From a virus (Duplodnaviria; Caudoviricetes): a stretch of 53,912 bases of DNA. Both the position numbers and the translations under genes were made by a program. The stretch covers positions 1 through 53,912 of IMG/VR virus record IMGVR_UViG_3300025138_000052. The stretch is one strand, 5' to 3'. Below, one piece after another: positions 46,169 to 53,912 of this stretch; position 1 is the stretch's first letter, and every line of letters begins with the position of its first letter. The notes beneath the pieces were generated by a model. The model made no database searches, had not been told where the DNA came from, and saw only the letters and a list, made by a program, of their open reading frames with translations.

Positions 46169-48635
46169 AACACCCAGCGACGAGGAACTAGCAACAGTAG
46201 AACAAGAAACCCTTGAAGCTCAAATAGGTCCTGATGATATTGACATTACCGAAGAAGAAGATGGAAGTGCTACTATTAATTTTGATCCAGCAGCTGTTAA
46301 TCAAGCGGGTGGTGAAGGTCACGGAGACAACTTAGCAGAATTATTACCAGAAGATGTATTAGGAAAACTATCTTCTGAACTTGCAGAAAATTATCAAACG
46401 TATAAAGCAGCTAGATCGGACTGGGAAAAAGGTTATACTCAAGGATTAGATCTTTTAGGATTTAAATATGAAAATCCTGCTCAACCTTTTCAAGGTGCTT
46501 CGGGTGCAACTCACCCTGTACTAGCAGAAGCGGTAACACAGTTTCAAGCCCAGGCGTACAAAGAATTACTACCAGCTACCGGACCGGTAAGCACTCAATC
46601 TTTAGGATTACCCTCTAGACAAAAAGAAGAACAGTCTAATCGTGTAAAAGAATTCATGAACTATCAGCTCATGGATGTGATGAAAGAGTATGAACCCGAG
46701 TTCGACCAAATGCTTTTTTATCTGCCTCTCAGCGGCTCTGCTTTTAAGAAAGTTTACTATGATGAACTACTTGGTAGAGCCGTATCTAAATTTGTTCCAG
46801 CCGATGATATTTTAGTTCCTTACACCGCATCTTCTATTTCAGATTCTGAAGCAGTGGTTCATGTTATTAAAATGTCAGAGAACGATTTAAGAAAAAAACA
46901 AGTAGCAGGTTTTTATAAGGATATAGAATTACAACCTGGCTACAACGAAGAAACGGAAGTAGAAAAAAAAGAAAGAGATCTAGAAGGTTTAACAAGAACT
47001 AAAGACGAAGATGTATTTACCGTTTTAGAAATTCATACGGATTTAGATTTAGAAGGTTTTGAAGACAAAGACTCCACAGGAGAAAACACAGGAATTAAAC
47101 TTCCTTATATTGTAACCTTAGAGTTAGGTAGTTCAGAAATATTATCTATTAGAAGAAATTATTTACCAAATGATCCGTTAAAAAAGAAACAAGAATATTT
47201 TGTACACTTTAAATTTTTACCTGGAATGGGTTTTTATGGTTTTGGTTTAATTCACATGATTGGTGGATTATCTAGAACAGCAACCACTGCATTAAGACAG
47301 TTATTGGATGCGGGTACGTTAAGTAACCTGCCTTCAGGATTCAAACAACGTGGAATACGTGTAAGAGACGAGGCTCAGTCTATACAGCCCGGCGAATTCA
47401 GAGATGTAGATGCACCTGGTGGAAGTATCAAGGATGCATTTATGCCTTTACCATTTAAAGAACCGTCACAAACTTTATTACAGTTGATGGGCATAGTGGT
47501 TTCGGCAGGGCAGAGATTTGCCTCCATCGCTGACATGCAGGTCGGTGATGGCAACCAACAGGCGGCTGTTGGAACGACTATAGCTCTCTTAGAACGTGGT
47601 TCAAGGGTCATGTCAGCGATCCACAAAAGATTATATGTGGCAATGAAAAGTGAGTTTCAGTTATTGGCTGGAGTATTTAAAACTTATTTACCCCCAGAAT
47701 ATCCCTATGACGTAATAGGTGGACAAAGAAATATTAAAGTTACAGATTTTGATGACAAAGTAGATATTTTACCTATTGCAGACCCTAATATTTTTTCTCA
47801 GTCACAAAGAATATCCCTTGCACAAACAGAATTACAACTTGCACAGTCAAACCCTGGAATGCATAATTTATATGAGGCATACAGACATATGTATGAAGCA
47901 ATTGGTGTAAAAAATATTGATCAAATCTTACCACCACCTCAACCACCAAGTCCCATAGACCCTGCTAGTGAAAATATTTTAGCAATGTCTAATAAACCTT
48001 TTCAAGCTTTTAAAGGACAAGACCATCAAGCTCATATTACAACCCATTTAAATTTTATGGCTAGTAATGTTGCAAGAAATTCACCGGTGGTAATGGCTAA
48101 TTTAGAAAAAAACATATTTGAACACATATCTATGATGGCACAAGAGCAATTAGAGGTAGAATTTAGAGAAGAAATACAAAAATTAATGATGCTACAACAA
48201 CAAATACAACAAAATCCACAAATGGGACAAAATCCACAAGTTCAACAACAGATGATGCAAATGTCAATGGCTTTAGAGTCTAGAAAAGCTAAACTAATTG
48301 CAGAATCTACAGAAGAATTTAAAAATGAAGAGGCTAAAATCAGTGGAGAGTACGGTGGAGACCCTATTGCTAAACTTAAAGCAAGAGAACTTGATTTAAG
48401 AGCTATGGATAACAGTGCTAAACGGGAGCAAGAAGAAGAAAAGATTAATATTGATAAAATGAAAGCTATGATGAACCAAGGTCAGTTTGACAGAAAATTA
48501 GATCAAGCAGAAGAGCTTGCAGAACTTAGAGCGGATACCTCTTTAGAGAAGACTCAGATGGGAATTGACGCTAAAAGAGAAAATGACTTTATGAAACAAA
48601 TGGACGTTAGGATCTTGAAAGGTCCGAGAAGATAG
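46122..48635 (+). CDS. Portal protein
   Basis: 837 aa after TerL; HPVLAEA..FQA, MNYQL, GSAFKKVYYD, FYG.GL.H. Confidence 0.85.
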   Translation: MADIDKALPNVETEIKTPSDEELATVEQETLEAQIGPDDIDITEEEDGSATINFDPAAVNQAGGEGHGDNLAELLPEDVLGKLSSELAENYQTYKAARSDWEKGYTQGLDLLGFKYENPAQPFQGASGATHPVLAEAVTQFQAQAYKELLPATGPVSTQSLGLPSRQKEEQSNRVKEFMNYQLMDVMKEYEPEFDQMLFYLPLSGSAFKKVYYDELLGRAVSKFVPADDILVPYTASSISDSEAVVHVIKMSENDLRKKQVAGFYKDIELQPGYNEETEVEKKERDLEGLTRTKDEDVFTVLEIHTDLDLEGFEDKDSTGENTGIKLPYIVTLELGSSEILSIRRNYLPNDPLKKKQEYFVHFKFLPGMGFYGFGLIHMIGGLSRTATTALRQLLDAGTLSNLPSGFKQRGIRVRDEAQSIQPGEFRDVDAPGGSIKDAFMPLPFKEPSQTLLQLMGIVVSAGQRFASIADMQVGDGNQQAAVGTTIALLERGSRVMSAIHKRLYVAMKSEFQLLAGVFKTYLPPEYPYDVIGGQRNIKVTDFDDKVDILPIADPNIFSQSQRISLAQTELQLAQSNPGMHNLYEAYRHMYEAIGVKNIDQILPPPQPPSPIDPASENILAMSNKPFQAFKGQDHQAHITTHLNFMASNVARNSPVVMANLEKNIFEHISMMAQEQLEVEFREEIQKLMMLQQQIQQNPQMGQNPQVQQQMMQMSMALESRKAKLIAESTEEFKNEEAKISGEYGGDPIAKLKARELDLRAMDNSAKREQEEEKINIDKMKAMMNQGQFDRKLDQAEELAELRADTSLEKTQMGIDAKRENDFMKQMDVRILKGPRR

Positions 48636-48659
48636 TGTATAAATAACCAAGGAGAAAAT

Positions 48660-48881
48660 ATGACAAATAAAACATTTTTTACAAGGAATAACCCAAAGTA
48701 CGTTGGTGAAGTTGTGTCGGATACGCCTAAAGCGGATTCCACTAACACACTAAATACTAATGCAGATGGATTTTCCCAAGAAGTAGAAATTAAAGTTCCT
48801 TTAGGACAACCAACTGTGAATAAAGTTAGTGGCCAAAAGAGAATGTTAGCTTCTAAAAAATCTACTTGTAAGTGGTACTAA
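48660..48881 (+). CDS. Small hypothetical protein
   Basis: AAGGAG RBS. Confidence 0.6.
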   Translation: MTNKTFFTRNNPKYVGEVVSDTPKADSTNTLNTNADGFSQEVEIKVPLGQPTVNKVSGQKRMLASKKSTCKWY

Positions 48882-48884
48882 CTC

Positions 48885-49262
48885 ATGTGGTTTTCGGCAA
48901 TTAAATTAGCCGTTTCTGCAGGAAGTCACATCTATAAAAAGAAACAAGAAACTAAAATGATGATGGCAAATGCACAAGCCAAGCATGCAGAAAAAATGGC
49001 GAACGGGGAATTAGAATACTCGGGAAAACTTTTAGAATCTAGAAATTCAGACTGGAAAGACGAATTTATTTTGATTTTACTTTCGGTGCCTATCGTAATG
49101 TTAGGATGGTCCGTATGGTCAGACAATCCCGTACATATGGAGAAAATGGAGTTATTTTTTGTCCATTTTGGTAATTTACCCTTATGGTATCAAACAATTT
49201 TTGTAGGTGTAATTGCGAGCGTTTATGGACTTAAAGCAACACACTTGATAAAAGGTAAATAG
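48885..49262 (+). CDS. Holin-like membrane protein (3TM type)
   Basis: SDWKDE followed by two TMs, LP.WY. Confidence 0.6.
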   Translation: MWFSAIKLAVSAGSHIYKKKQETKMMMANAQAKHAEKMANGELEYSGKLLESRNSDWKDEFILILLSVPIVMLGWSVWSDNPVHMEKMELFFVHFGNLPLWYQTIFVGVIASVYGLKATHLIKGK

Positions 49263-49302
49263 TAGTATAAAAAACGTATTAAAATAACTTAAGGTATACA
49301 TT

Positions 49303-49731
49303 ATGAGTTTAAAGAAAAAATTAAAAAAAGCGGCTAAAGCAGCAGCAGTAGTTGGAGGAGCATTCCTTGCTTCTAAAGCTCTTGGAAATAAAAAAAGAGA
49401 CAAGGCCATTGATTCAGGAATAAAAGCAGCAGACGCTGACAAAGGTTCTGACATGTCTCCTATGACACCAAAACCTAAACCATCAACACCATCAACACCT
49501 AAAAAAAAGAAAGCAACCATTGCAGGTGATTATAGTGGTATTGTAGATTATGGTGCAGATATAGATGTATCTGGCCCATCTACTCCCAGAAAAAAAATGA
49601 CACCTGGTCCAAAATCAATACCTCTTATACCAAATGCCGGTTTTAAATCTGGTGGAAGAGTTAAATCAAAAATTAAAGGCTGTGGAAAAGCACTAAGAGG
49701 CTTTGGTAGAGCAATGAAGGGGAGAAAATAA
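49303..49731 (+). CDS. Lys/Pro-rich basic protein
   Basis: First gene of the basic cluster; FKSGGRV..GCGKA. Confidence 0.6.
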   Translation: MSLKKKLKKAAKAAAVVGGAFLASKALGNKKRDKAIDSGIKAADADKGSDMSPMTPKPKPSTPSTPKKKKATIAGDYSGIVDYGADIDVSGPSTPRKKMTPGPKSIPLIPNAGFKSGGRVKSKIKGCGKALRGFGRAMKGRK

Positions 49732-49946
49732 TGGCTAATCCAAGATTCAATACACAAGTTACTAATGTTAGAGGTAAAACAAATACAACTAAAAAAAGAG
49801 TTAAAAAAAACATGGGCGGTTCTATGAACCCAGCTATGGCAAGAAGAGATATGGCTTCAGGATATTATCCATCTGATATGGGTATGGAAGGCGGCGCTAT
49901 GTATAAAAAAGGTGGCCGTGTTATGAAAAAGAAAAAGAAAAAATAA
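49731..49946 (+). CDS. Small basic protein
   Basis: TAATG-coupled; NMGG, YKKGGR. Confidence 0.65.
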   Translation: MANPRFNTQVTNVRGKTNTTKKRVKKNMGGSMNPAMARRDMASGYYPSDMGMEGGAMYKKGGRVMKKKKKK

Positions 49947-50053
49947 TGTTAAAAAAAATAAAAGAAAAAATATGTGAATTGTTTTGTAAACTATTTGGTA
50001 TTACACAATGTTTGTGTGATCACGAATGCGAATGTAAAAAGGATAAAAAATAA
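49946..50053 (+). CDS. 35-aa Cys/Lys-rich peptide (not in ORF track)
   Basis: ..CELFC..CLCDHECEC; TAATG overlaps at both ends. Confidence 0.6.
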   Translation: MLKKIKEKICELFCKLFGITQCLCDHECECKKDKK

Positions 50054-50205
50054 TGCCTGGAAAAATGATGATGAAAAGACCTATGATGAAAAAAGGTGGA
50101 AAAGCTTTAAAAAAAGTTAAGCCAAATCAAAAAGGTTTAAAAAAATTGCCCAGAAAAGTTAGAAACAAAATGGGTTTTATGAAAAACGGCGGAAGAGCTA
50201 AGTAA
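50053..50205 (+). CDS. 50-aa Lys/Met-rich peptide (not in ORF track)
   Basis: MMKKGGK..GL.KLP..VRNKMGFMKNGGR; TAATG at both ends. Confidence 0.65.
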   Translation: MPGKMMMKRPMMKKGGKALKKVKPNQKGLKKLPRKVRNKMGFMKNGGRAK

Positions 50206-50336
50206 TGGCCGGTAAAGGTTTGTACGCAAACATCCACGCTAAAAGAAAACGTGGTGGTAAAATGAGAAAGAAAGGTGCAAAAGGTGCACCAAAAGCAAAA
50301 GATTTTAAAAGAGCAAAACAAACAGCGAGATCATAA
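50205..50336 (+). CDS. 43-aa basic peptide (not in ORF track)
   Basis: GLYANIHAKRKR..MRKKG.KGAP; TAATG at both ends. Confidence 0.65.
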   Translation: MAGKGLYANIHAKRKRGGKMRKKGAKGAPKAKDFKRAKQTARS

Positions 50337-50647
50337 TGACTAAACTTTGTCCTAGAGGAAAAGCAGCAGCGAAAAGAAAATTTTCGGTATACCCTTCAGC
50401 ATATGCAAACGCATATGCCTCTAAGATTTGTGCAGGTAAAATTAAAGACCCATCTGGAGTTAAGAGAAAAGATTTTAAAGGACGTAAACCAGCAGCTATG
50501 GGTGGTACGATGAGAACCGGTTACATGGGTGGTGGACTTACAGAAGCTACAGCTAAATTAAAAAGACAAGGATTAAAACGTGGTGGCATAGCCACAGGTT
50601 GCGGTAAGGTCATGTCAAATAGAAGAAAGATTACTAAAGTATATTAA
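50336..50647 (+). CDS. Small basic protein
   Basis: CPRGKAAAKRKF.VYPSAYAN.YASK.C. Confidence 0.7.
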   Translation: MTKLCPRGKAAAKRKFSVYPSAYANAYASKICAGKIKDPSGVKRKDFKGRKPAAMGGTMRTGYMGGGLTEATAKLKRQGLKRGGIATGCGKVMSNRRKITKVY

Positions 50648-50651
50648 CACC

Positions 50652-50912
50652 ATGGCAAAAAATGGGCTAGATAAATGGTTCAAACAAAAATGGGTAGATA
50701 TTGGTTCTAAAAAAAAGAACGGCTCATTTGCAAAATGTGGTCGTTCCAAACAGAAAGCAGACTCGAAACGAGCTTATCCAAAGTGCGTGCCACTTGCAAA
50801 AGCAAGATCTATGTCTTCATCTCAAAGAGCTTCTGCTGTAAAAAGAAAAAGAGCAGCAGGAAACACGGGTCCTAAACCAACTAACGTTAAAACAATTGTG
50901 AGGAAAAAATAA
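50652..50912 (+). CDS. Small basic protein (DUF5872-like)
   Basis: L.KWF...W..CGR..YPKC.P. Confidence 0.6.
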   Translation: MAKNGLDKWFKQKWVDIGSKKKNGSFAKCGRSKQKADSKRAYPKCVPLAKARSMSSSQRASAVKRKRAAGNTGPKPTNVKTIVRKK

Positions 50913-51040
50913 TGGTAAAAGAATTAAAAAAAGTAATTAAAGGTTTAAAGAAAGCTTCTAAATTACACGCAGGACAAGCTAAGCTAGTTAAAAAACATAT
51001 CAAAAAAATGAAGGGCAATAATGGTAAGAGCAGCAGATAA
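50912..51040 (+). CDS. 42-aa Lys-rich amphipathic peptide (not in ORF track)
   Basis: KKVIKGLKKASKLHAGQAK; TAATG-coupled. Confidence 0.6.
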   Translation: MVKELKKVIKGLKKASKLHAGQAKLVKKHIKKMKGNNGKSSR

Positions 51041-51305
51041 TATGCCTGCAAGAAATAAAAAAAACTTTAGACCAACAAAGTCTGGAGCAGGAATGACACA
51101 AGCTGGTGTTGCCGCTTATCGAAGAAAAAACCCTGGAAGTAAATTAAAAACAGCGGTGACTGGCAAAGTCAAACCAGGATCTAAATCTGCAAATAGACGT
51201 AAGTCTTACTGTGCACGTAGTGCAGGACAAATGAAAAAATTTCCCAAAGCTGCAAAAGACCCTAATTCAAGGCTTCGCCAAGCACGCAAAAGATGGAAAT
51301 GTTAA
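51021..51305 (+). CDS. Small basic protein
   Basis: G..AYRR.NPGSKL..RRKSYCARS.G..SR...AR..W.C. Confidence 0.7.
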   Translation: MVRAADNMPARNKKNFRPTKSGAGMTQAGVAAYRRKNPGSKLKTAVTGKVKPGSKSANRRKSYCARSAGQMKKFPKAAKDPNSRLRQARKRWKC

Positions 51306-51324
51306 AAAATAGAGAGGTAGTATA

Positions 51325-51561
51325 ATGGACGACATGAGTTATGTAGACAAGATAAGAAAAGTTATTAAAATGAGACATGATGATATAGTTTCTGCTCTAG
51401 CATCAGGAGCTGTTGACAACATGGAAAAATATCAATATATGTTAGGACAAATACGAACATATCAGTATTTAAGTCAGGAAATATCCAACCTGTTAAACAA
51501 AAAGGAGCAAAATGAACAAGACGGAACCATTATTAACCTCAACTCAAAACCAAAAAATTGA
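51325..51561 (+). CDS. Conserved small protein preceding GroES
   Basis: GAGG RBS; G......Y....G.I pattern. Confidence 0.65.
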   Translation: MDDMSYVDKIRKVIKMRHDDIVSALASGAVDNMEKYQYMLGQIRTYQYLSQEISNLLNKKEQNEQDGTIINLNSKPKN

Positions 51562-51949
51562 GTTACCCGATAAGAAATTAGTAGGTGTAAAACCTATAGA
51601 AAAAAAATCAGATGAAATTGGGAAAACTCCAAAGCCTACGGGTTGGAGACTTTTAGTTTTACCTTTTAAACAAAAAGAAAAAACTAAAGGTGGAATATTA
51701 TTATCCGATGTAACAGTAGAAAGATCTCAAGTAGCATCAACTTGCGGTCTAGTTTTAGATTTGGGCCCACACTGTTATGATAAAGAAAGATACCCAGAAG
51801 GTCCCTGGTGTAAGAAAGGTGATTGGATTATATTTGCAAGATATGCAGGATCACGAATTAAAATAGATGGGGGTGAAATAAGACTTCTCAATGATGATGA
51901 AGTTTTAGCAACTGTGGAAAACCCTGAAGATATATTCCACGAATTTTAA
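51512..51949 (+). CDS. groES: Co-chaperonin GroES (Cpn10)
   Basis: P.G.R.LV..KTKGGI.L..GD...F.RYAG..I..LNDDEVLA. Confidence 0.9.
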   Translation: MNKTEPLLTSTQNQKIELPDKKLVGVKPIEKKSDEIGKTPKPTGWRLLVLPFKQKEKTKGGILLSDVTVERSQVASTCGLVLDLGPHCYDKERYPEGPWCKKGDWIIFARYAGSRIKIDGGEIRLLNDDEVLATVENPEDIFHEF

Positions 51950-51963
51950 CCATAGGAGAAACT

Positions 51964-53001
51964 ATGCCACTAAACGAAGACGATAAAACAGTTGAACTAG
52001 ATGTAACCGGACCAGGTGCTACTGTTGAACTGCCAGATACAGAAACTGAAAATGAAACCGATAAAAAGGAGAACAATAATGAGCCGACTGTTGCTTACGA
52101 TAATGAGTCCAATGATACACCTGAGAAACCTGATGAGCAGTTGGATGTTCGAGATGAAAAGAACCAGGGAGGCGAGGTTGTACAGAAAGTTCCTGAAGAT
52201 GGGGATAGTAAACAGAAAAACAACTCTAAAGATGTTGAAGAATACTCTGAAGGGGTTAAGAAAAGAATAGCAAAATTAACCAAGAAGATGCGAGAAGCAG
52301 AGAGACAGCGAGAAGAAGCTGTATCTTATGCACAGCGTGTCAAGGCGGAAAGAGATAGATATGAAGCTACAGCTACATCTTTAGATAAAAATTATGCTAC
52401 CGAAATGGAGGGTAGAATTTCTTCTTCTCTTGCAGCAGCTCAAGCAAAACTTGCAGCAGCAAGAGTTAATGATGATGCAAAAGCAGAAGTAGAAGCATTA
52501 ACGTCTATTTCTCAATTAGGTTATGAACAAGGTAAACTTGCTGAATTAAAAACTCAACATCAAATGCAGGAAACTGCTGAAAAAGAAAAACTTGTTCAAC
52601 CAGAATATCAACAGCAGCCAATACAACCAGCACCTGCGGCAAGAGACCCTAAAGCAGAAGCTTGGGCTGACAATAATGAGTGGTTTGGCAAAGATAATGC
52701 TATGACTTATACAGCATTTGATTTACATAGAAAACTTACCGAAGAAGAGGGAATGGACCCACAATCAGATGATTATTATTCTGAGGTGGATAAAAGAATA
52801 AGACTTGAATTCCCCCACAAATTTGATAAGATAGAACAACAGACTAGTAAACCTACACAAAACGTTGCCTCTGCAACGCGTAGTTCAAAGACAGGTCGCA
52901 AAACTGTGAAGCTCACACCGACACAGGTAACAATAGCTAGAAAGCTAGGTGTGCCACTAGAAGAGTATGCGAAACAACTTATAATCACGAAGGAGGCATA
53001 A
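51964..53001 (+). CDS. Putative capsid scaffolding protein
   Basis: Acidic N-terminus, coiled coil, W...N.WFG, C-terminal ARKLGV..EEYAK. Confidence 0.65.
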   Translation: MPLNEDDKTVELDVTGPGATVELPDTETENETDKKENNNEPTVAYDNESNDTPEKPDEQLDVRDEKNQGGEVVQKVPEDGDSKQKNNSKDVEEYSEGVKKRIAKLTKKMREAERQREEAVSYAQRVKAERDRYEATATSLDKNYATEMEGRISSSLAAAQAKLAAARVNDDAKAEVEALTSISQLGYEQGKLAELKTQHQMQETAEKEKLVQPEYQQQPIQPAPAARDPKAEAWADNNEWFGKDNAMTYTAFDLHRKLTEEEGMDPQSDDYYSEVDKRIRLEFPHKFDKIEQQTSKPTQNVASATRSSKTGRKTVKLTPTQVTIARKLGVPLEEYAKQLIITKEA

Positions 53002-53006
53002 AGCAT

Positions 53007-53495
53007 ATGACAAACAATAAACCAACTCGTGCGAGTCAAACTAAAAGTGATTCTACAAAAGTAGAATCAAAATCAAAATCGGTTGCACCAAAAGTACAAC
53101 CTAAAGTTTGGTCTCCACCATCGTACTTAGATACGCCCAACGCGCCAAATGGATTTAGACACAGATGGGTCAGGACAGAAATTATGGGGTTTGTCGACAC
53201 CAAAAACATACAAGGACGCTTAAGGTCTGGGTATGAATTAGTAAGAGCCGACGAATATCCTAGTGAGGACTTTCCAACAATCACAGACGGCAAATACGCA
53301 GGGGTAATCGGGCACGGAGGCCTTGTGCTGACAAGGGTACCGGAAGAGATCGCGCAGTCAAGAGAAAATTATTACGCTAGAGAAGCTAATGATCAAATGA
53401 CAGCAATTGATAACGATCTTATGAAGGAACAGCATAAGGGAATGCCTATTAATATTGATAGGGATTCTCGTACAACCTTCGGTGGCAAAAAGTAA
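53007..53495 (+). CDS. Conserved head-module protein
   Basis: W.PP..L..P..P.G..HRWVR..GYE.V..GGL.L.R.P. Confidence 0.65.
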   Translation: MTNNKPTRASQTKSDSTKVESKSKSVAPKVQPKVWSPPSYLDTPNAPNGFRHRWVRTEIMGFVDTKNIQGRLRSGYELVRADEYPSEDFPTITDGKYAGVIGHGGLVLTRVPEEIAQSRENYYAREANDQMTAIDNDLMKEQHKGMPINIDRDSRTTFGGKK

Positions 53496-53530
53496 TTTTA
53501 CTTTAAACCAACGAAATTTAAAAATAAACC

Positions 53531-53559
53531 GTGACTGGAGGCCCGCAAGGGTAGGTCAC
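53531..53559 (+). promoter_or_regulatory. Leader stem-loop with GNRA tetraloop
   Basis: GTGAC..GCCC-GCAA-GGGT..GTCAC just before an AAGGAG RBS. Confidence 0.55.
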
Positions 53560-53575
53560 ATAAGGAGAAAACAAT

Positions 53576-53912
53576 ATGGCTAATGCGTCAACAGTTGGGT
53601 TTGGTTACAGACCCATTAAAATGGTTGGTCAGGCATATAATAACGCTGGACTTTCAGAGTACAGTGTTGCTGCTTCTTCTGCTTTAATTTCGCACGCATG
53701 TATGGTGCAATTAACAGCAAATGGAGTAGTACTCGAATCAACAAACGGGATTCCGAATAATCTCGGTACCTTGAATGGAGTATTTTATACTGATGCAACT
53801 TCAAATAAACCAACGTTTAGTAACTTTTCACCAGCAAGTAATACTGCGACTGATATAGTAGCTTTTGTAAACGATAATCCTCAACAAATGTTTGAGATTA
53901 TGTCTGCAGATA
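53576..53912 (+). CDS. Capsid-region (decoration/minor capsid-like) protein, 3'-truncated
   Basis: MANASTVGFGYRPIK..NGVFYTD..KPT..V.D.P...F.I; open to the window end. Confidence 0.65.
   Translation, partial: MANASTVGFGYRPIKMVGQAYNNAGLSEYSVAASSALISHACMVQLTANGVVLESTNGIPNNLGTLNGVFYTDATSNKPTFSNFSPASNTATDIVAFVNDNPQQMFEIMSAD

Noticed and set aside
1-53912. tRNA genes, integrase/att sites, introns or inteins, alternative genetic code
   Set aside because: No cloverleaf or recombinase motifs recognised by eye; PolA, TerL and helicases are uninterrupted and normal in length under code 11

Overview
AT-rich tailed dsDNA phage, apparently most of one circularly permuted genome. The window opens inside a structural gene and ends inside a capsid-region gene; no major capsid gene is visible, so it probably lies in the missing gap. 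Modules: (1) 1-21.8 kb podovirus-like tail/fibre genes with Gly-rich proteins, three 2OG-Fe(II) oxygenases, internal/ejection proteins, an M15 endolysin and a SpeD-like decarboxylase; (2) 21.8-36.6 kb replication genes (SNF2 helicase, SSB-like, primase, UvrD helicase, Leu762 family A polymerase, PD-(D/E)xK nucleases), a SET-domain protein and many small ORFs; (3) 36.6-42.7 kb repeat-rich control/early region with TerS; (4) 42.7-53.9 kb TerL, portal, holin, nine coupled small mostly Lys-rich genes, GroES and scaffold. Gene content and order recall marine SAR11-type phages (HTVC023P/vSAG 37-F6-like); this is recognition, not a search result. Best unexplained signals: an island with perfect DnaA boxes, a canonically spaced NrdR-box pair and nine co-oriented GGG(A/C)GGGCCCACCC elements; an unannotated 50-aa peptide ending in an RNR-alpha-like ECLSCQ tail although no RNR is seen; a shared x-x-x-GG(R) motif across seven late proteins; an ATCCTA operator system with a candidate RHH regulator; and a GRTACAA iteron array. 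No tRNA, rRNA, CRISPR array or integrase was recognised. All calls were made by eye.
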